From Proteromonas lacertae (lineage: Eukaryota), in the NCBI GenBank assembly GCA_002245135.1, contig NGBS01001178.1:62001-126000 (forward strand): 64,000 nucleotides of DNA. Reading direction: 5' to 3'. Positions 37,462-50,088 of the stretch are shown one piece after another. Position 1 is the first letter of the stretch. Each line of letters opens with the position of its first letter. Made by a program: the position numbers and the translations under genes. The notes under the pieces were generated by a model. That model saw nothing but the letters and a program-made list of their open reading frames with translations. It made no database searches and was not told where the DNA came from.

Positions 37462-39582
37462 TTAATCTTGATGAGAAACTGATAATAATTCTATTGAAGT
37501 GTTTTGAACATATAATTCAGCATATGGATATAATGGAGAAGGTAAATCTTTAACAAGTAAAACAGGAGATGAATTATTATGACTTATCCAAAATTCTCTT
37601 TTATTCATATCAACAATCACTTCATAAATTGAACCATCTCCATGATTTTTGATATTTGGATTTTTATTAACAACTCTTCCAATATGACAAAATTGAGCAA
37701 TATCTTGACTTTCACCATCCCATGCATAATAATTACATGTTGTTGATTGATTATAAATATAATTACCAGGATATGTATTATTAGTTGATAATCCTAACAT
37801 CATACTATCATATTTACTTCCATTTTGATGAAATTGATATCTGATATGATAAACTCCATCTTCCATTTTCAAATTTAAATAACAATGATTAGAACCATAA
37901 ATTGTATTTGTTATTAATTTTCCATTATTTGAGATTGATATTCCATCACTTTTGTATAATTCTGTGAATTTAATCCGAATTTCTAATGATATTTTGAATT
38001 TCTTTTCATTTACAATATTCTTACAACTTATTTCATATTCTCTCTTTTTGATTTCTTTATCTACTTTTCCATTAATTATTCCATTTTCTTTTTCTATCAT
38101 CATTCCATCTGGCAATGAAGGATTGATTGAAAATTCACATCGATTTCCATCAAATAAAGGAATTATTAAGATTTCTTCATAAACACTATATGAATATTTT
38201 GATTGAGGATATGAAAATGATGTGATTTCTTTTGTTTTTAATTCTTTCAATAATTCTTTATCTTTCATTATTTCTATCATTTCTTCTTCTTCTTCGAAAC
38301 TCGGTTTATTCTCTTTTATATATTCTATTAATATTTCTTTAGATTTGGAGTTTAGATAATTATCTTCATTCAATATTCTATAAAGAATTTCTTTTCCACA
38401 TACTTCCTCCATTATTGAAATACTCTTTTTATCATCAATGAATAAACATAAACATTTCATTGTTCGATTTCTTTTATTCTCATTATATTCTATACATAAT
38501 CTTTCCAATAGATTTCTCTTTTCCATATTTGAGATATATTCTATTTAAATATATTTTTAGTATTTATACTTTCCATTTTCACATTTTTATATTTCATTAT
38601 CATCAATACTATTTCGATCATCTTTATATTATTCATTTCTAATATACACAGTATTTCATCATTCAATTCTTCTTCTTTCATTTTATCCAATATTCTTCTT
38701 TCTTCTTCATTAAAGTCTTCTTCTTCTTTATCTTTATTGTAATTGTTGATTATTACATTTTGAATTCTCTCATCTTTTATTAAATATATTTCTATATGAT
38801 TTTTACATTCATTCTCTTTTAATTCTATTTTCATTTCTTTCAACATTTCTTTATTCTCTTTTTCTATCTCTTTCTCTTTTATCCTTTCTATATCGATATC
38901 TTCTTCTATCAATTGTTTAAAATCATCTTCTATCTCTTTATTTTCTTTCTTATTCTTTTGGAATTTATACCATTCTAATAATCGATTTAATAACCATAAC
39001 TCATTCACTATTATCATATCTCTCATATTTAATATCTCAATCAAATTATTCATTTCTAATCTCAACAAATATTCATTCTTATATAAATATTTATATCCTC
39101 GCTTTTCTATTTCCATATTTTTCAAGTCTTCTATCTCTCTCAAACATCCACCAAATACATTACAGATATGAATTAACTTCATTAATACTTCATCATCTAT
39201 ATTATTCTTCATAAATTCATAACAATCATTTATTATCTCTTTTTCACTATAACATAAACAAAACATCAACACTTCACACACATTCTCTTTACTGATTATC
39301 AATTCACCACCACTGTAGTATTTCTCCATCTCATAATATCCAATTTCTTCGATTTCTTCATATAACTCGAAAACTCCAACAAACTCACGATCTAACAACA
39401 GTTTCTTCACAGTTTCATTTCCATTCACTAAAATTGATTTAATTGACATTATTCGATTATCTCTAATCTTCACTTCTATATCACCAAAACCACTTTCTAC
39501 CAATTTTCGACATAATCTATCATAAATATAAATATAAAATATACCCCTCTTCTCTTATTGCTTTATTCACTTTTATTATCAT
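37462..39582 (-). CDS. BTB/BACK-like + He_PIG Ig-like + SPRY/B30.2-like protein, copy 3 (intact)
   Basis: Same two-intron structure; ORFs 38541..39503 and 37462..38526 are joined by a 29-nt intron. Confidence 0.8.
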
Positions 39583-42059
39583 CTTTATGTAAATATAAAA
39601 CAAAAATAACGAAATTCAATTTTTATCAAAATTTTGAATAACCCCAAACTTAAAATGTGATTTAATTCAATTGCAGAAGGTGTGATAAAGACAATAATAC
39701 TCAATTGTGATCTATTAATGTATATTGCATATGTTGTGATGATATAAATGATGAATGTTAATTTTTAGTGTTAGTTAGTGTTATTGATAATGAAATGTAA
39801 TATAAACATGATGTAAATGGTGTTTAATATTTGCCGCTGGAGTTGAATATTTATAGAATGTATAAGAGATATAAATAGATATTTTAACTTGTAGTGCAAT
39901 ATCTGAAAGTGATGAAGGTTATAATGGTATTAATAATGAATGCATTATTGTGTTGAAGTGTTATAGTTGAAGATGGAATATTTGTAAATTGTGATAGTAT
40001 AGTTGACTTTCCAATCAATTATTTTGCATGTAGATGAGATAATAATTATTCAACATGTTATTATCATTTTATAGTTATCTAATATTTTTACTATCTTTGT
40101 TAGTTGAAGTTTTTTGAACCAACTAACAATTAAAATATCAAATTAGATGGAATTTTAGAAGAAGAAAAGAAAGAATTATCAAAACTATTCATAAATATCA
40201 TATTTTGGTTAATCTATCAAACTTGTGTTTTAGAATGATAATATAATATCTGTTATTGTTAAACAATTATCAAAATACTGAAATTTGTCTATTCAAGGAA
40301 ATAATATTTTAGTTATATTATTAAAGTGATTATTTTCTATTGTCTTACATCTTTACATTTCATAACATTTTAACTATTTTTTGTATTAACATCACATTAA
40401 TAAAAGAAATAAATCATGTTGAATGTTCTAGATACCCTTCATCATTTGATTCAATAATTTATAGAAATTGTTTCGTTTCAAAATTCATGTTCAGTCGTTT
40501 CAGTATAGTGATCTATTTCAACCAACAAATTAACAAAATGTTTGTCTTTTGTATAAATTAATATAAATAATAAATACTATTGTTAATTCTATGTATGAAT
40601 TCGAAAAATGAGTTTGATTATTTAAATCAAATGCAAAATATGTGATTTGTGATAAAATGATATCCAATATTCCAAATATCAACATGCATGTATGTGTATT
40701 TACGTTTAAGCCTGATTTAAGTAAAGGACTATCACTTGATCCTTTAAATGGTAGAATCTTAGGTACTCTTGAAGAAGAAATCCAGCAAACATATACTGTG
40801 ACATTAATCAGATTAGATGAAAGTATAATGAGCAGTATATTAGAAGTGAATAATATAGTTTCTTAATTTAGAATAGTTTGGGATATTCCAACTTCATTAT
40901 CCTGTGGAGTAAATGAATTGGGTATTATATAAGCTGATATTTATTTATACTAACACAATAAATTCAAAATAATAATAATAATAATAATATAATTCACATT
41001 TATTTACTCCAACTATATTTATCACTTCGAACATAACCTATTCTTTTTATTAATTCATATCCTTCTTTTGGACCTCGACTTCCCCATTCATATTCATACA
41101 ATGGAACTTTACCTTCATCAATTTCTTTCAATATTGGAGTAAAAATTAACCAACTTCGTTGTAATTCATCAAATCGAACAAAATGACTATGATCACCTCG
41201 AATTACATCTAATATTAATCTCTCATAGGCTTCAGGTAAACGAGTATCTTTAAATCGATCTTTCAATGTTACATCTAATTCACTCATTATTGCACTTGTT
41301 GTTAAACCAGGACTTTTCATATTCATCTTTAAATACATTGCTTCATTTGGTTGAACTCTAATCACTAATTCATTTCGATCAACTCCACCAAATAAAGAAC
41401 CAGGAATATCTTTAAATTGAATTCGAACTTCAGCTTTTCGTTCATTTAATGCTTTACCACATTTCAATAAAAATGGAACTCCAGCCCATCGACGATTATT
41501 CACATGTAATATTAATTCAGCAAATGTTGGAGTTTTTGAATCTTTTGGAACTTGTTTATCATCTTTATAACCTGGTTTATCACCTGTTTTCTTATACTAT
41601 TCATTATAAATAATTAAATATATATACTTGACCTATTACTAAATCTTCTTTCTTAGCTATTTCAGTTATTTTTAATACTTTCACTTTCTCATCACGAATA
41701 TCTTCACTTTCTAATGATATTGGAGTTTCCATTGCGATTAAAGCGAATATTTGCATTAAATGATTTTGCATTACATCACGAATTATTCCATATTGATCAA
41801 AATAACCACCTCTTCCTTCAGTTCCAATATCTTCTTTAAAGACGATTTGAACAGATCGAATATAATTATTATTCCAAATTGGTTCATACATCACATTAGC
41901 AAATCGAGTAATTAAGATGTTTTGAACCATTTCTTTACCTAAATAATGATCTATACGGTATATTTGATCTTCTGTGAATAACTTTGATAATTCATTACCT
42001 AGTTTTAATGAACTATCATAATCCTTCCCAAATGGTTTTTCGATAATTATTCTATTCCA
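37468..42059 (-). repeat. Right arm of the inverted segmental duplication (partner 10888-15517)
   Basis: Reverse complement of the left arm with a few indels; similarity drops abruptly within G6PD at ~42059. Confidence 0.95.
40642..40866 (+). pseudogene. Duplicate of the He_PIG-like Ig fragment
   Basis: Near-identical to 12081-12305 in the other arm. Confidence 0.5.
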
Positions 42060-42657
42060 ACCTGCTTTTGCCATTAAATTCTCTATTATCAACAAATAAT
42101 TGACATAAATTATACTGTTAATCCCTTCAGAAACAGGAGGAAATATTGTTGGAGGAATAGCAAAGTAGAATAATCGATTCTTCTATTAAAAAATAGACAA
42201 AATGTTAATATACACAAGGATTTTTTATGTCAATACAATCACAGGAAGTAATATCACTTTCGAATTGTTCTACAACAGAACCTAATTTCTTATATCCTTG
42301 CTTTGCTGGGTCATAATCACCACTTACATAATCACAGTGTTCTAAGAAGGCATTAACATCCTTTGCATCACCTTCTAGATGGGGCTTTATTTTATCACGA
42401 AAAGCTTTGTTTGTCATTTCAGATCTGGCATATCCAAAGATCATACATCCTCTTGGTAAATAGTCAGTTTTATATAGGTTAAATATAGCTGGGTAGGTCT
42501 AATTTAGTGTAATATATAAAAATACTTTGTTAATAGCTAAATTGCCTGATGCACCAAAGACTATGATAGATAATATTCCATCAAAGTCTTTATTACCTTT
42601 ACCCCATTTAGCGCAACACACTGGCTCTGTTTTTACTGCTACTGGTATTTTATTCAT
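41000..42657 (-). CDS. G6PD: Glucose-6-phosphate dehydrogenase, copy B
   Basis: Full motif set. The N-terminal third diverges from copy A; the remainder is nearly identical. Confidence 0.96.
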
Positions 42658-42838
42658 CTTGTTTAAAAAAGAAGATTTTAGAATTTTTGAGCAGTTAGTT
42701 GGATTATAATGAAGAAATACAAAGCTATGTGATGAATACTAGTAGTTTTATTAGATTTAAATAAATTTTATATCTGCAAAATTAAATAAGAGCGTTTTTC
42801 AATCAATCACAAAAATCAATAAAATAACCATAACAAAA

Positions 42839-44019
42839 TTAATCTTCATTTAAAGAATTTGATGGTGGTAAATCATCAAAAGAATCAGGGAAGTTAAACT
42901 GACCTGGCTGTTCAAATAATCCCAATCCATCATTAGAAGGAAGCGTATCAGGTATAAATGGTAAAGATTTTCTATTGATAAGTACATATATATATATATA
43001 TATATATATAACTATGAATATATACAATTTCATTTCACATTTTTCAGAACATAGAGTAATTTCATCAGAGTTAATCAAAATCTTACCTTTCACATTAAGT
43101 CTTTCAATTCTTTGCTATATATATATATATATATAATAAATAATAAATATATGCATACTTTATTAAGAGAACAAGCTTGTAGAATCTGATTATTATTAAG
43201 TAAATAGTATATATAATAAGTTAAATAATCTTGATTTGTATATTTCTCATTTTGATTCTGTTGATTTAACCAATTATACAATTGAGATAGTTCATCTTTA
43301 TTCCATTGATAATTTGAGACGAAAACTAACTTGTTTCTTTTCTTAAGACATTCAAATATTTTATCTAATAAATGGTTATTCAATCTTTCATTTGGATTGT
43401 TTAATACATACTCTCTTTCGAGTGATATTAATCTGATAATGTCACTATTCTATACAAATATAATAATAATAATAATACATACATCATGATAATTAGCTCT
43501 GTTAATAGAAATTTCATACAATATATCAAAAATCAGTTTTACATCAATTTCATTCGTATTAATACTGTTTATATAAGTATATGCAATTTCTAGTGATATT
43601 TCTTTTAACAACATTAATATCATTTCTCTTTCTTTTATTCCTAATAATTCATCATTACTTAATAGTAAATTTAATCCATAAGAATAATCATTTTTTTGAT
43701 CAAAGAAATAAAAGCTTAAAGATAAATATATGTAATTCTGATTGGCTGAGAAGATTGATGCAATCAAATTTGAGAATGATAATATTTCATTCTTATCATT
43801 CAATAAAGATTCTTCATATAAATGATATATCAAAATTGATGAAACTATATTGCATATAGTTGATATATCATTCTCATCTTTACAATTAGTGAAGTTTTCT
43901 ATATTTAAATATTCTGTTATATTGTTAATGTTATTCCTCTTTTCATTTATTAAGTATTTATCCAGTAATGAAGGAAGGATTGCAAACAATGAATTCTTAT
44001 GCATAACTATCTCCATATT

Positions 44020-44060
<41 letters not shown>

Positions 44061-44527
44061 CTTCTCTCTTACAACAAGTAATGATGTAATTAACAAATAC
44101 TTTCAATAATCTTGGTCTTAATATGTATAAATATATGGCATCATCTTTACACTTTTGCAAAAATATCTGTCTATCAATTAAACTCTAAACATAGAATTAA
44201 GTGTTAAAAATACTTTACTTACAACAATAAGACAATCACATATTTGAGTTAAAGTGTCATATTCACTGGATAAACTGAATGATTGTTGCTCACACCTATT
44301 AATATGAATAACTGTAGAGAAATTAAATACATTAGTTCTTCTACAACTTTATTGGTTATAATATCCATAAATTCCTTTTCTGCAGCAAAATACTTCTCTA
44401 CATCCAACGAAGAACTATAACAAAATAAATACTTCAATTACTACTTTATATCTTTACAAATAGCATGAGTCCTTAAATCGTTGGACAATGCTATAAATTC
44501 GTTAAACATTGGGGAATTTGCAATCAT
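42839..44527 (-). CDS. Helical protein, possibly containing an ELYS-like nucleoporin domain
   Basis: Multi-exon ORF chain. SFYFFDQKNDYSYGLNLL and YYLLNNNQILQACSLN resemble ELYS-domain motifs as I recall them; not verified. Confidence 0.45.
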
Positions 44528-44634
44528 ATTTATCGAGATAAAGCAAAAATGTTTTTATATTAATTTGAAGGGAATCAAGCCTATATTATAAAAATCTTAA
44601 AACATATTTAATATTTAATATAGATTTTATATAA

Positions 44635-45274
44635 TTAATGTTTTAAATTTAAGTTTGCAAAATCCCAATTTACTACATTAAACCAATCTATTATGAAAGA
44701 AATAATGAATAATATACTTTTAATGTATTCTGGTCTTGCATTTCTGGTATCAATGTAATATGCATGTTCCCATACATCCATTGTGAGAATTGGAATACCA
44801 CATCCACACTTAATTGGATTCATAGCATCATGTCCTTCAGTAATCATTAGTTTATTTGAATCATTTAATACTAACCATATCCAACCTGATCCAAAGTGTG
44901 CAGCACCTTTATTTGAAAATTCTGTCTTGAATTTTTCAAAATTACCAAAACTCTTTTCAATAAGTGTTCTTATTTCACCCTCTGGAATACCACCTGCTGT
45001 TGGATTCATACTCTATCATATATATGCAAAAATATACCTTCCAATAGAAGTTGTGATTAAAATGTTGAGCAGCATTGTTAAAAAGCGGACCTGATGAAGT
45101 TTTGATTATTTCTTCTAATGATTTATTCTCAATCTCTTTGAATTGCTTGAGATTGTTGTAATAAGTTTGATGATGCTTACCAAAATGGAAATTAAGTGTT
45201 TCACTTGATATGTACGGTTCAAGAGCATTCATTGCATATGGTAAAAATGGCTTTGGGATTTTTAACATTGACAT
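44635..45274 (-). CDS. Iron superoxide dismutase
   Basis: [19 protein letters not shown] (Fe-type AAQ), FGSGWIWL and DVWEHAYY motifs; 2 introns. Confidence 0.95.
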
Positions 45275-45303
45275 AGAGAAAGAAGAATATTTCAGAATTT
45301 TAG

Positions 45304-45329
45304 TCAAGCTTCAAACTTTATTATCAAGC
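45304..45329 (+). promoter_or_regulatory. Two TCAAGC motifs in the 99-nt bidirectional spacer between Fe-SOD and Rpt1
   Basis: TCAAGC at 45304 and 45324; the same doublet occurs in the divergent spacer at 25384/25395. Confidence 0.5.
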
Positions 45330-45373
45330 CAAACTTAATTTTTTTTAATTATTATTTTTCTTAGTTAAATAGA

Positions 45374-46800
45374 ATGGCTGGTGAAGAAAAAAGCAAGACT
45401 GAAACACAAGAAAAGCCTGAAGGAAAAGAAAACCCAACATCACTCAACGAAGAAGAAATAGAAAACCTAAAACAACTAGTATTTACATTGAGGTTATATT
45501 ATTCCTAGAATTTAGGTCCATATGCACAGAGTATTCATGATGCAGAAGATGAGATTAAAAAAATCAAAAAAGAAGTTGATAATCTGATAGGTATAAATTA
45601 ACATAAATGGTTCACTTTTAAATATTTTATAGGTGTTAAAGAATCAGATACAGGTTTATCATTACCTAGTCAATGGGATTTACAGTCAGATAGAATGGCA
45701 TTACAAGGAGATCACCCCTTATCAGTAGCACAATGCACAAAAATCATAAACGGAAATACAGAAAAACCGATGTACATGATCACATTAAAACAAGTAGCCA
45801 AATATGTTGTAGATTTAGACAAAACTGTAGCGCCAACAGATATTGAAGAAGGAATGAGAATAGGAGTAGAACGTTCAAAACTAACTATCAAATTACCATT
45901 ACCACCCAGTATAGATCCAACCGTTACAACTATGACAGTAGAAGATAAACCAGATGTTACTTATGATGATATTGGTGGTTGTAAAGATGCAATAGAGAAA
46001 CTAAGAGAGGTAGTTGAACTTCCTTTATTACATCCAGAAAGATTTGTCTCATTAGGTATTGATCCTCCAAAAGGTATTTTGTTATATGGCCCTCCTGGTA
46101 CTGGTAAGACATTGTCTGCTAGAGCAGTTGCTAATAGAACTGATGCTTGTTTTATTAGAGTAATTGGAAGTGAATTGGTACAGAAGTATGTTGGTGAAGG
46201 TGCAAGGATGGTGAGAGAATTGTTTCAGATGGCTCGAACTAAAAAAGCTTGTATTGTATGGATATATATATATATATAATATTATAATTATCTGAAATTT
46301 ATAATTTCTAGATATTTTTTGATGAAATTGATGCAATAGGTGGTACAAGATTTGATGATGGTGCTGGTGGTGATAATGAAGTACAAAGAACCATGTTAGA
46401 AATAGTCAATCAACTAGATGGATTTGATGCTCGAGGAAATATCAAAGTATTAATGGCTACTAATAGACCTGATATATTAGATCCTGCATTGATGAGACCA
46501 GGCAGATTAGATCGAAAAGTTGAATTTGGTTTACCTGATATAGAAGGCAGAGCACAGATATTTAAAATCCATTGTAAGTCAATGAGCTGTGATAGAGGCA
46601 TTAGATATGAATTATTGGCAAGATTATGTCCAAATACTACTGGTGCTGAGATTAGATCAGTTTGTACTGAAGCTGGAATGTATGCTATAAGAGATAGAAG
46701 AAAGAGTATTAGTGAAAAGGACTTTTTAGAGTCAATTGAAAAAGTAATTAAAGGATATAAGCAATTCTCATCCACACCTAAGTATATGGTGTATAATTAG
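45374..46800 (+). CDS. PSMC2: 26S proteasome AAA-ATPase Rpt1
   Basis: [41 protein letters not shown] and C-terminal TPKYMVYN. Confidence 0.97.
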
Positions 46801-46870
46801 AAATAATAATAAAAAGAACAAATTTATATTTTTTCTTTGAAGTTTTTGAGTGATTAACAAAATTAATTTA

Positions 46871-48958
46871 TTATTCAAATAACTTTCTATTATGAGAAGC
46901 AGGTAAATTCATTACCATATTCCTTCCATATTCGCTGTTCTGCAAGCCAGCTTGTCTCAAAGCCATAATCAATCTAAATCTTTGATCTTTAAATATTTCT
47001 TCATCATTATATCCATTTACTCTAAATATATCATATTCATTATATGGTTCAGCTGTCGAAGAGATTGTTCCTTGTTGTAAACGATTTGTATCTTTTTCAA
47101 TCTTATCAATAACAGGTTTATATGGAACAGATTCGATTAATTCTTCGATCTTTTTCTTTCTTATTTCTTCTTCTTCTTTTCTTCTCATTTCTTCAATTCT
47201 ATACAATATTAATAATATTAATATATATATATATATATACTTTCTTTCTTCCCTTTGTTTATCTAATAATTCTTTTCTATATTCAGTTCTTTCAACTAAT
47301 TGTGGATATATTTCTTTTTTCTTTTGTTCTTCCAAAATTGCAATTCTTTTCATATTTTCTTCAATTATTTCATCTTCTTTTTTCTTTACTTCTTTATATT
47401 GGTCTACTTTATTCTTCTGTATAATGTTATGAAGTATTTGTTTAGATTCTTTGATTCTTTTATCTTGTTCCTCTTCTAGTTTTCTTCTTTCTTCTTCTTC
47501 TCTTCTTTCAGCTTCTTTTTCATCGTATTTTGCTTTTAGAATTGATAATTCTTTATGCTTTTCTTGCTTCTTTTGGTTTACTTCTGATTTTTCTATTTCA
47601 AACAACATTTTTTCTTCATATTCTTTTAGAATATTCTGAATTCCATCTTTTATTGACTTTATTAATTCATTCTAATATAATATAAATTAAATATATATAT
47701 AAAAATATTAACAAAATATACTATTTCTCTATTCCATTTTGTATTGGCATCTTTCATTTTAGTATCATAATAATAATACGCCATATATGTTTTATCATGA
47801 CTGATAATTTTATCAATATGATACTTCGGAAATTGAAGTTGAAATATTTCATATAAATCATTTTTATTTTTCTTTGAATATAGTTTTTCTAATTGTGTGA
47901 ATTTAATATGATCTTCCTTATTCCAATCTTCTTCAATTGATTGATTATTCTAATAAAAAAAAAAAAATAAGAGAAAAATACTGTTTTTGTATCTAATTCT
48001 GTTTTTAATTGTAATAAATTCTGAGTATGTTGATCTTGTCTCATTTTAAACACATTTCTCATTTCTTCACGATATAATAACAACTCATTTTTAGCTTTAT
48101 TACTCTTCAAAAATGATTCAAATATATCATCTATCACTTTACAATCTTCATATATTTGTTGTTGTTTATTATCAAACATACTACTATTCAATTGATTTAT
48201 CTCTTCTGTTAATTCTATTTGTTCATTTTCTAACACATCTATTTTTTTATTTATATTATTTTTCATATCAGTTAGTGTTTTATATATTTCTAATTGATAA
48301 TATTCTATTTGATCAATATCATCACATGTTTGAAGAAAACTTTTATATTCTTTCAATATCTGTTTAAGTGATAATATTTGATTATTTAATGTGATTTTAT
48401 CATCTTCTTCGTCATTTAAATATTTCTGTTGTAAGTTATATACATCTGTAGTTATATTCATTATCCTATTTATCTTGTTAGGAGATTTTCGAGGAGTTGT
48501 AACAGGTGATTTTGGAGGTTGAATTTCAATTGGTTCAAATTCTGGTATATCTTTATTGGATTCACTTTTATAAGGTAATGGTGATGAAAATTTTGATTCC
48601 TGTGATCTGAGAGTGGTGTTTCTAGACATTAATTTTGATTTGAAGGGAGATTGCAGTTTTTTCTCTTCCAGTGTTGTGAATATTCGATCTATTGATTTTT
48701 CTAATATCTTTTTGCGTTGAAACCATTTTCCTATGTTCGTCTACCCACTGAACTCGATGTTTTCCTAGTTTACTTTCTTCTTGATGTTTTTTAACTCCCT
48801 TTTTAATATCTTTGTATTTTTTAAGAAACTTTGAGTCATCTTCACTTAGATCCCTAATTGCTTCTAATTGTTCATCTAAATCTCTATGACCTATTGCTCT
48901 AAATGGTTTCTTCTATTAATGATAATAATAATTCAAATACGTTAGTTATTCTTGACAT
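46871..48958 (-). CDS. CCDC148-like coiled-coil protein
   Basis: N-terminal KHRVQWVDEH and C-terminal YNDEEIFKDQRFRLIMALRQAGL resemble CCDC148; spliced ATG at 48958. Confidence 0.65.
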
Positions 48959-49065
48959 AAAACGATTATTTTCAAAATTTTCTCAAACAAGTTTGATAGT
49001 TATTTTCTTCAATATAAAGACATTTAAACATACATTCAAATAAATATTATAATATACTAGTTAAA

Positions 49066-49935
49066 TTAAATAATTACAGAATATTTTAAAGGAAGAGATG
49101 TGATTTTGTATGCTAAATCATCCAATTCAGCTTGTGTAGCAGTTGATTCATCACTATCTTTAGATTTATTCTCTTCCTATACATGTTGATTAGATAAATA
49201 TATAAAAATACTATTTCTTTCACAGAATTACTGTAAAAATGACTAAATGCTTCAATCTCTTTTGTAGATACAAATGAAGATTGAAGATCATTCAAAATAC
49301 TTGATATTTCTTGATTATTATTCTTCATTATAGAATCTAGCATTTGAGTTGGAAATGATAGAAAATTATTGAATTTTGAAGTTATTGTTTCATTGGAAGG
49401 TGTAGCAGAGGATGTTTGTAATGAATAACTATCATTATACAATCCAGGAATAGTAAATGGAATTCCATTAAAATCATTCAACAAATAATTATAAATATTG
49501 AAATATTGAATCAAATGGTGGTTTTAATTGGTATATTTGAAGTGAACATAATGGAAATGAAATTATTAATGTTGGAATTTCTATCAATTTGCTTTTTATA
49601 ACTTTATATATTGATAATTCTGATATACAAGTATGATCTATCAAAAAAAGGGAATTATGTATTTCCAATGCAAGCATATTACCTGGTTTTATATTACATC
49701 TAGATAAACAATATATTAGTGTCACATTGATACTTGAGCAGTAACAGCTGAAATTGAAAAGATGAAGGATCATTTTCTGCGGAATCATCAAAAAAGCATA
49801 CTTTATCATCGCATAGCACAGATAAACAACCTAAATATGAATAAAAACTATATACCACTGAATAATACTTGGATTAATATATCCGATCCTTTCAATGTCT
49901 GTATATCTGTGGCTAGTTTCTCAAAATATGACTAA
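49066..49935 (-). CDS. Hypothetical multi-exon protein (5' end unresolved; probable +1 frameshift near 49500)
   Basis: Overlapping ORFs 49489..49809 and 49113..49514 with intron-like segments; no recognised domain. Confidence 0.4.
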
Positions 49936-50088
49936 AGAATTCACAAATTCATGAATAAACATCACAATAAAAATTCAAAACTCAAGCCATAAACAAACTA
50001 TGAGTTGTAATAGTCCACATTCATTTAAATAGGAATGCTGAGGCTTAATTCACTCTTTTAATTTCATTAATTAAAATATCATTTCACA

